Position numbers and translations under genes: made by a program. Below, piece after piece: positions 58,807-63,226 of a stretch of 63,226 nt of DNA. The notes beneath the pieces are model-generated. The model worked only from the letters and a program-made list of their open reading frames with translations, did not search any database and had not been told where the DNA came from. Source of the stretch: Treponema sp. (lineage in GTDB: Bacteria > Spirochaetota > Spirochaetia > Treponematales > Breznakiellaceae); contig JAIRNA010000097.1 in the NCBI GenBank assembly GCA_031258305.1, positions 1 through 63,226 of the forward strand. The letters run 5' to 3'. Positions within the stretch are counted from its first letter, which is position 1; every line of letters begins with the position of its first letter.

Positions 58807-59268
58807 CTATTCCTGAGAATAGTCCAACTTCGCTTTTGCAATAACATCATAACGTATTCTCTCCGGTTTTACTGAAGCGTCCTTTTTTGCTATCACGATA
58901 CCTTCGTTGTCTGCGGCGAGTAGTATACCTACAGTCCAATCGGAAATGTCCGAGCAATAGCACCGGACCCCCCGCCCCAAATAATGGGCGAATTCGGCAC
59001 CATTCTTTATGTTCCTATCTATGCCCGGAGACGACACTTCAACCGAATAATCATCAGGAAAAGCTAAATCCAATCGAGGGACGATGGCGCGATGAACACG
59101 GGAACAGTCATCAATACTTACGATTCCTTTCTTGTCAATCATTACACGGATTTGAACCGATATTTTATGTCTCGAAACAACGAGGTCCACCAGGGACATC
59201 CCAAGTCCATTAATAACTTGTTCCAGTGAATCGAACAACGGGTCTGATTCCCGCGGGATAAACCGCAA
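58807..59268 (-). CDS. rimP: Ribosome maturation factor RimP
   Basis: LVDLVVSRHKISVQIRVMIDKKGIVSIDDCSRVHRAI is typical of RimP. TTG 59268 follows GGGGGAGG. The track start at 59373 falls inside the -35 box of the promoter. Confidence 0.75.
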   Translation of the reverse strand: MRFIPRESDPLFDSLEQVINGLGMSLVDLVVSRHKISVQIRVMIDKKGIVSIDDCSRVHRAIVPRLDLAFPDDYSVEVSSPGIDRNIKNGAEFAHYLGRGVRCYCSDISDWTVGILLAADNEGIVIAKKDASVKPERIRYDVIAKAKLDYSQE

Positions 59269-59344
59269 ATTTCCTCCCCCCCTTTTCCATAAGCTAAAAA
59301 AATCGCCTAACGACCTTTTAACAATTATCAATATATTAAAAAAT

Positions 59345-59373
59345 ACTGTAAATGAATTCTTAATTTTTGTCAA
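59345..59373 (-). promoter_or_regulatory. Sigma-70-type promoter of the rimP-nusA-infB operon
   Basis: On the minus strand: TTGACA (59373-59368), 17-nt spacer, TACAGT (59350-59345). Confidence 0.5.
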
Positions 59374-59490
59374 GTGGAAAAAATCGATAAGAAAGTTTTA
59401 AAAAATTGGAGTTTTATTAAAGATTTTTCTATAAAATTCATGATTATTTTCAGTAACTAGAATTTCTTCGGAGATTTCAGAGACATTCAT

Positions 59491-60387
59491 TTATCGGCGC
59501 ATAATGTATTTATATACAAAACCGGCAGGGCGATAGGTCATTTTCGCTTGCCGTAAACCTTCATCTCCAAGGTCTTGCTCGCGGTTTATGAGAACGAAAT
59601 TTTCCGGCAGAGAAGCCGCGAATTCTTGATTGATGTACTGATAGACGCCTTTATAATCGTCAATGCCCTTCTCAAAATGTACGGCAAACATCGTGTTTCT
59701 CGCAAGCCCTTCTCCCATACTCCAGCCGACGGGTCTTCCATTTATATAATAAATGTTTCCGGTCATGCCGAGAATACTGAGGAGTTCCAGAGCATCTTTC
59801 GAGGCGAGGTAATCGCCGTCCTCGCCCTTGTCTTTGCGCCAATGGCTGAGAACCTTCATGGCATCAGGAACGCGGTCCTGGGTCAATGGAAACACTTGCG
59901 GGACATAGCTGTTGAGGAATGCGTTCACTAGATTCCGTTTCTTGTGAAATTTCTTTCCAGAAAGTTCCGCAAGATCGGTTCTATTGTAAAGATAATCAAA
60001 ATTATCGCGGTCTTCGATTATTTCAACACTATTTCGCCGACAAAATTCATCTTGTCCACAAAACGTCTTTGCTCCTTCCAAAAGAGAAGCGGGTATGCCC
60101 TTCCAATAATCATGGTTTTGAAAAAGAACGGATAGGATCCTGTCTGGCGGCAAAGCGCAGGGCGTCTCAAAGAATTTCTTGCCGTCTTTTTCACCACAAA
60201 CAATGAGAGCGCGGCCCGCGGATGTCTCCGTCGCCGAAACCATATACGCATACTTTCGTCGGAACAGGTAAAGGTTGGAGAACGTATATTCCGAAACGCC
60301 ATCCGGCGCATTTAACAGTAGCCGCTGAATTTCAGATTGAAACTCAAGTCTTATCGGAACAAATTCAGGGTAACAGGGTAATTCCAT
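59491..60387 (-). CDS. DUF2156 (lysyl-phosphatidylglycerol-synthase C-terminal-like, GNAT fold) protein
   Basis: SEYTFSNLYLFRRKYAYMV and the overall length are typical of DUF2156 proteins. Confidence 0.7.
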   Translation of the reverse strand: MELPCYPEFVPIRLEFQSEIQRLLLNAPDGVSEYTFSNLYLFRRKYAYMVSATETSAGRALIVCGEKDGKKFFETPCALPPDRILSVLFQNHDYWKGIPASLLEGAKTFCGQDEFCRRNSVEIIEDRDNFDYLYNRTDLAELSGKKFHKKRNLVNAFLNSYVPQVFPLTQDRVPDAMKVLSHWRKDKGEDGDYLASKDALELLSILGMTGNIYYINGRPVGWSMGEGLARNTMFAVHFEKGIDDYKGVYQYINQEFAASLPENFVLINREQDLGDEGLRQAKMTYRPAGFVYKYIMRR

Positions 60388-60590
60388 TTCTATAATATAA
60401 TATTTTTACCTTTTATAGGCAAGAAAACATTTAAATAAGACGTGCGCTTACTAGACGCGGCGCAGCCTCTCTCGGCGCCGGTAACCGGCGACCCGCACCG
60501 TGCGCTTGTATTTTTTGGTAGAGTGTGATACCATAATTGCGTGTCTATCGGGGACACGGATTGCACAAAGAAAAAATGAGGAGTACAAAT

Positions 60591-63226
60591 ATGAACACGT
60601 CTAACCACACGGCGGCATCGTACCAGCGACGGTTTAAGACTTCGTATCAGGAAGGAGGGATTAGCGCTTCGGCTATCTGGGCGGGCGCTTATTTCTGCCT
60701 GCCGATGTTTATGGTCGGGGGGCTTCTGCAAAACGGGCTCCCGCTGGGCGCCGTCGTCGTCTGCGGGCTTGCCGGCTTCGGCATTGTGGGGCTTTATTCC
60801 TGCGTTGTCGGTATGCAAAGCAACGACACCGGACTTACCATCCATTCGGCCGCGGCGGCCGCGATGGGAAGCGTCGCGGCGCAAATCATCACGAGTATGC
60901 CCATAGCCCTCACCTCCATAGGATGGTACGCGATACAAGCCGTAACCCTAGGATCGGGCTTCAGTGCGGTCTTCCGCTCCTTTACCGGTGTCGCGCTCTC
61001 TCCTGCAGTCAGCACCCTCATCTGGGGATCGGTAACCGGTCTCATAGCCATGGGCGGCTACCGTTGGATGAAATACTTTGCCTACGTGTCGCTTCCCCTC
61101 TGTGCGGGGATACTCATATACGCCCTCGTCTCCATCTTCTCTGACGGAGTCTCGGGGGGAGGGGGCATCTGGAGTTACCGCCCCATCCAGAATATACCGA
61201 TGCTCTCGGGGATCAGCACCGTGGTCGCCGCCTGCGCCCTCTCCGGCGTTATGATCGGGGATATTTTTCGGCATTGTAAAACGCGGGCGCACACTGCCGC
61301 CGCCTGCGTCTGCACCGTCGCCATACAGACGACGGTACTGTGCATAGGCGCCGCCCTTGTTATCGCAACCGGACAGTGGGACCTTACCGCGCTCTTGACA
61401 GGGCGCGGACACCCCGTGCTTGCCCTTGTCTACCTTATCTTTTCTTCCATTGCCGTCAACCTCACCAACGCCTATTCGGGCGGCGTTGCCGTATCCATGA
61501 TGCTGGGAATCAATGAAGACCGCTTCAAGCTTACCTGCGGGATCGCCTGTAGCATCGGCGTTGTACTGGGCGCGATGGGGATCATGTCCCTTTTTGCGGC
61601 GTTCTTGAGCTTGGTCTCTTCCCTCATCCCGCCTCTTGCCGGTGTCGTCATCGGCTCCTACTGGATACTGGGCAGGGGAAGCAAAGAAGAATTCTTCAAG
61701 ACGCCGGATCGGGACCTTTACCTGCCGGGCCTTATCGCCTTTGCCCTCGGCGCGTTCACTGCCTACCTCACAAGCGCGATTCTGCCCTTCTTCATCCCGG
61801 CCCTGAACGGTCTTGCGGTCTCCTTGTTCTCCTACTGCCTGCTTTCCAAATGGATGGACGATGCGGACGCCTCAAAAAACTTGAGCCTTTCTTCCAAATT
61901 CACCGGAGGCTTTGTCTTTTGCGCCGTCATCACCATTGCCACAGGCGGACTGGGGCTGTCCGCCATACAGGCGCTGACAACGGCGGAGAACGCCGCGCTC
62001 AGCGCGGATCTGACTGCCATGACCGTCATGCTTATGCTCATAGGCGTCGTCCTATCGTTTGGGCTGGGCATTATGTTTACCGGCTTGGTCGTCAAGCCCA
62101 TACGCCATATGTTCAGCCTGCTCAAGACAATCGCCACGGGCGATCTTACGGGGAGCATAGAAAGCGAGAGAAATGACGAGATTGGAGAGATGACGCGCCT
62201 TCTGGAGCGCACCCAGGTTGGTATCAGCGCGCTGATTCTTGCGGTGCGGACAAAGGAGCAGGGGCTTGAACAGGTGGGCAAAGAGCTTACGGTTATGACG
62301 GAGCAGGAAGCGTCCACCGTAGAGCAGGTAAGCGCCAACGCCCAGGACATGAAGGAGAAAGCCCTCGCGCAGGCGGAGAAGGCGTATGAGGTCATGGAAG
62401 CTATGGTTGCCAACATTCAGGCGCTGGACGCTCATATTGAGGAGCAGGCGCAAAGTGTGCTACGCTCCTCCTCTTCCATTGAGGAGATGCTGTCCAATAT
62501 CGGATCCATAACCGCCGACCTTGTGGCGAATCAACGGAATATGAGCGAACTTTCCCTTGCCGCGGAGAAGGGTAGTACGGGCGTTGAAGAAGTAGCCGGC
62601 GCGATAGGGCGGATCGTCTCCGAGTCCGAGCGCCTCCTTGAGATAAATCGCGTGATCCAGCGTATAGTTACCGAGACGAACCTGTTGTCTATGAACGCGG
62701 CTATCGAGGCGGCTCATGCGGGGAACGCGGGCGTGGGGTTTGCGGTTGTGGCATCTGAAATCCGCCAATTGGCGGAGTCGTCAAGCGTACAGGTAAAGAC
62801 CGTCTCTTCCGTTCTGAAAGAGGTAAAGGGTAGCCTTGAAGGAATAGGAGGTTCAGCCCAGAATGTGCTTCGTTACTTTGAAGATATAGACAAGGCGGTA
62901 AAGACAGTCTCTACGCTGGAGGATCATATCCGCCGGTCTATGGAAGAGCAGCACGCCGGAAGTCAGGATATTATCAAAGCCATTTCCCAGTCCCAAGAGA
63001 TCACTCGTAGCGTACGGAGCGGCTCTCAAGCGGTAGTTAGCGGTAGCAAGCGGGATATTGAGCGGAGTAAAGAGGCGCTGACCGCGGACTTAAGCGGCGG
63101 CATGAACGAGATAGCCGCGGGGATAAGCCAGATCAAGTCAGCGATAAACCGTACCAAAGATATAAGCGCGGAGAATAGGCGGAACATTGAAGCGCTTGCA
63201 CACGAACTGTCCAAGTTCCGTACCGG
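60591..63226 (+). CDS. CodB/NCS1-type purine-cytosine permease domain fused to 2 TM + HAMP + methyl-accepting chemotaxis signalling domain (3'-truncated by the window edge, absent from the ORF track)
   Basis: Hand translation of frame 3 from ATG 60591 (GAGGAG upstream) gives 878 codons without a stop. CodB-like blocks: TGLTIH, SIGWYAIQ, DIFRHCK, NLTNAYSGG, LIPPLAGVVIGSYW. HAMP at ~62094-62216. MCP hairpin tip ETNLLSMNAAIEAAHAGNAGVGFAVVASEIRQLAE at 62673-62777. Confidence 0.85.
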   Translation, partial: MNTSNHTAASYQRRFKTSYQEGGISASAIWAGAYFCLPMFMVGGLLQNGLPLGAVVVCGLAGFGIVGLYSCVVGMQSNDTGLTIHSAAAAAMGSVAAQIITSMPIALTSIGWYAIQAVTLGSGFSAVFRSFTGVALSPAVSTLIWGSVTGLIAMGGYRWMKYFAYVSLPLCAGILIYALVSIFSDGVSGGGGIWSYRPIQNIPMLSGISTVVAACALSGVMIGDIFRHCKTRAHTAAACVCTVAIQTTVLCIGAALVIATGQWDLTALLTGRGHPVLALVYLIFSSIAVNLTNAYSGGVAVSMMLGINEDRFKLTCGIACSIGVVLGAMGIMSLFAAFLSLVSSLIPPLAGVVIGSYWILGRGSKEEFFKTPDRDLYLPGLIAFALGAFTAYLTSAILPFFIPALNGLAVSLFSYCLLSKWMDDADASKNLSLSSKFTGGFVFCAVITIATGGLGLSAIQALTTAENAALSADLTAMTVMLMLIGVVLSFGLGIMFTGLVVKPIRHMFSLLKTIATGDLTGSIESERNDEIGEMTRLLERTQVGISALILAVRTKEQGLEQVGKELTVMTEQEASTVEQVSANAQDMKEKALAQAEKAYEVMEAMVANIQALDAHIEEQAQSVLRSSSSIEEMLSNIGSITADLVANQRNMSELSLAAEKGSTGVEEVAGAIGRIVSESERLLEINRVIQRIVTETNLLSMNAAIEAAHAGNAGVGFAVVASEIRQLAESSSVQVKTVSSVLKEVKGSLEGIGGSAQNVLRYFEDIDKAVKTVSTLEDHIRRSMEEQHAGSQDIIKAISQSQEITRSVRSGSQAVVSGSKRDIERSKEALTADLSGGMNEIAAGISQIKSAINRTKDISAENRRNIEALAHELSKFRT

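Noticed and set aside
59269-59373. N-terminal extensions offered by the track for rimP (to 59373), and likewise for metQ (to 17380), spoVG (to 20745), rplL (from 25316), flhB (from 35869), flhG (from 40561), sbcC (to 54432) and the carboxypeptidase (from 9954)
   Set aside because: The extensions are AT-rich, lack homology to the protein families, and overlap promoters, hairpins or SD sequences that precede better internal starts.
60500-60590. Possible purine or other riboswitch in front of the permease-MCP gene
   Set aside because: Only one short hairpin is present (CGTGTC-TATCGGG-GACACG). The three-helix junction and the conserved J2/3 and loop sequences of the purine riboswitch are absent.
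60390-62768. Chain of minus-strand ORFs (60390-60938, 60948-61412, 61832-62416, 62052-62453, 62460-62768)
   Set aside because: They are Arg/Gly/Ala/Pro-rich shadows typical of the antisense strand of a GC-rich gene. The plus-strand frame has clear permease, HAMP and MCP motifs.

Overview
This window looks like spirochaete (Treponema-like) chromosomal DNA. Most of it is conserved core genome, about 45-55% G+C by hand-sampled lines. Plus-strand core blocks are rplU-prp-rpmA-obg-nadD/yqeK, then lolA-like, rodZ-like, rimO, a PBP5-type carboxypeptidase, a GH16 glucanase and pgeF. The plus strand then carries tRNA-Thr, rpmG, tRNA-Trp, secE-nusG-rplKAJL-rpoBC, a flagellar block (flhB-flhA-flhF-flhG-fliA-fapA-like) and a small glycan cluster ending in ugd. 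Minus-strand blocks are aspA, metQ, folE2-folD, ctc, tRNA-Gln, spoVG, ispE, and pyrI, sbcC, infB-nusA-rimP, DUF2156. Four things stand out. (1) An 878+ codon ORF runs off the 3' edge and is absent from the ORF track. It fuses a CodB/NCS1-type nucleobase permease to HAMP and a methyl-accepting chemotaxis signalling domain, in a visibly GC-rich segment. (2) The first ~3 kb is very AT-rich and holds two ORFs, each followed by a copy of a GC-rich ~100-nt repeat. The repeat ends behave like integron attC core sites, so this may be the distal end of a cassette array abutting rplU. The first ORF is a fused nuclease-methylase-specificity RM protein with NYAF in place of NPPF. (3) At least 12 operon-internal spacers share one architecture: a purine-rich arm just after a stop codon, an AT-rich core with a small apical hairpin, and a complementary pyrimidine-rich arm before the next gene. 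(4) A Prp protease gene with an intact His/Cys dyad sits next to an L27 gene that has no propeptide, while FlhB starts with a Prp-site-like MDLQWFAA. rpmG (57 aa) and two other sub-60-aa ORFs are also missing from the track. All calls come from reading the sequence; no searches were run.
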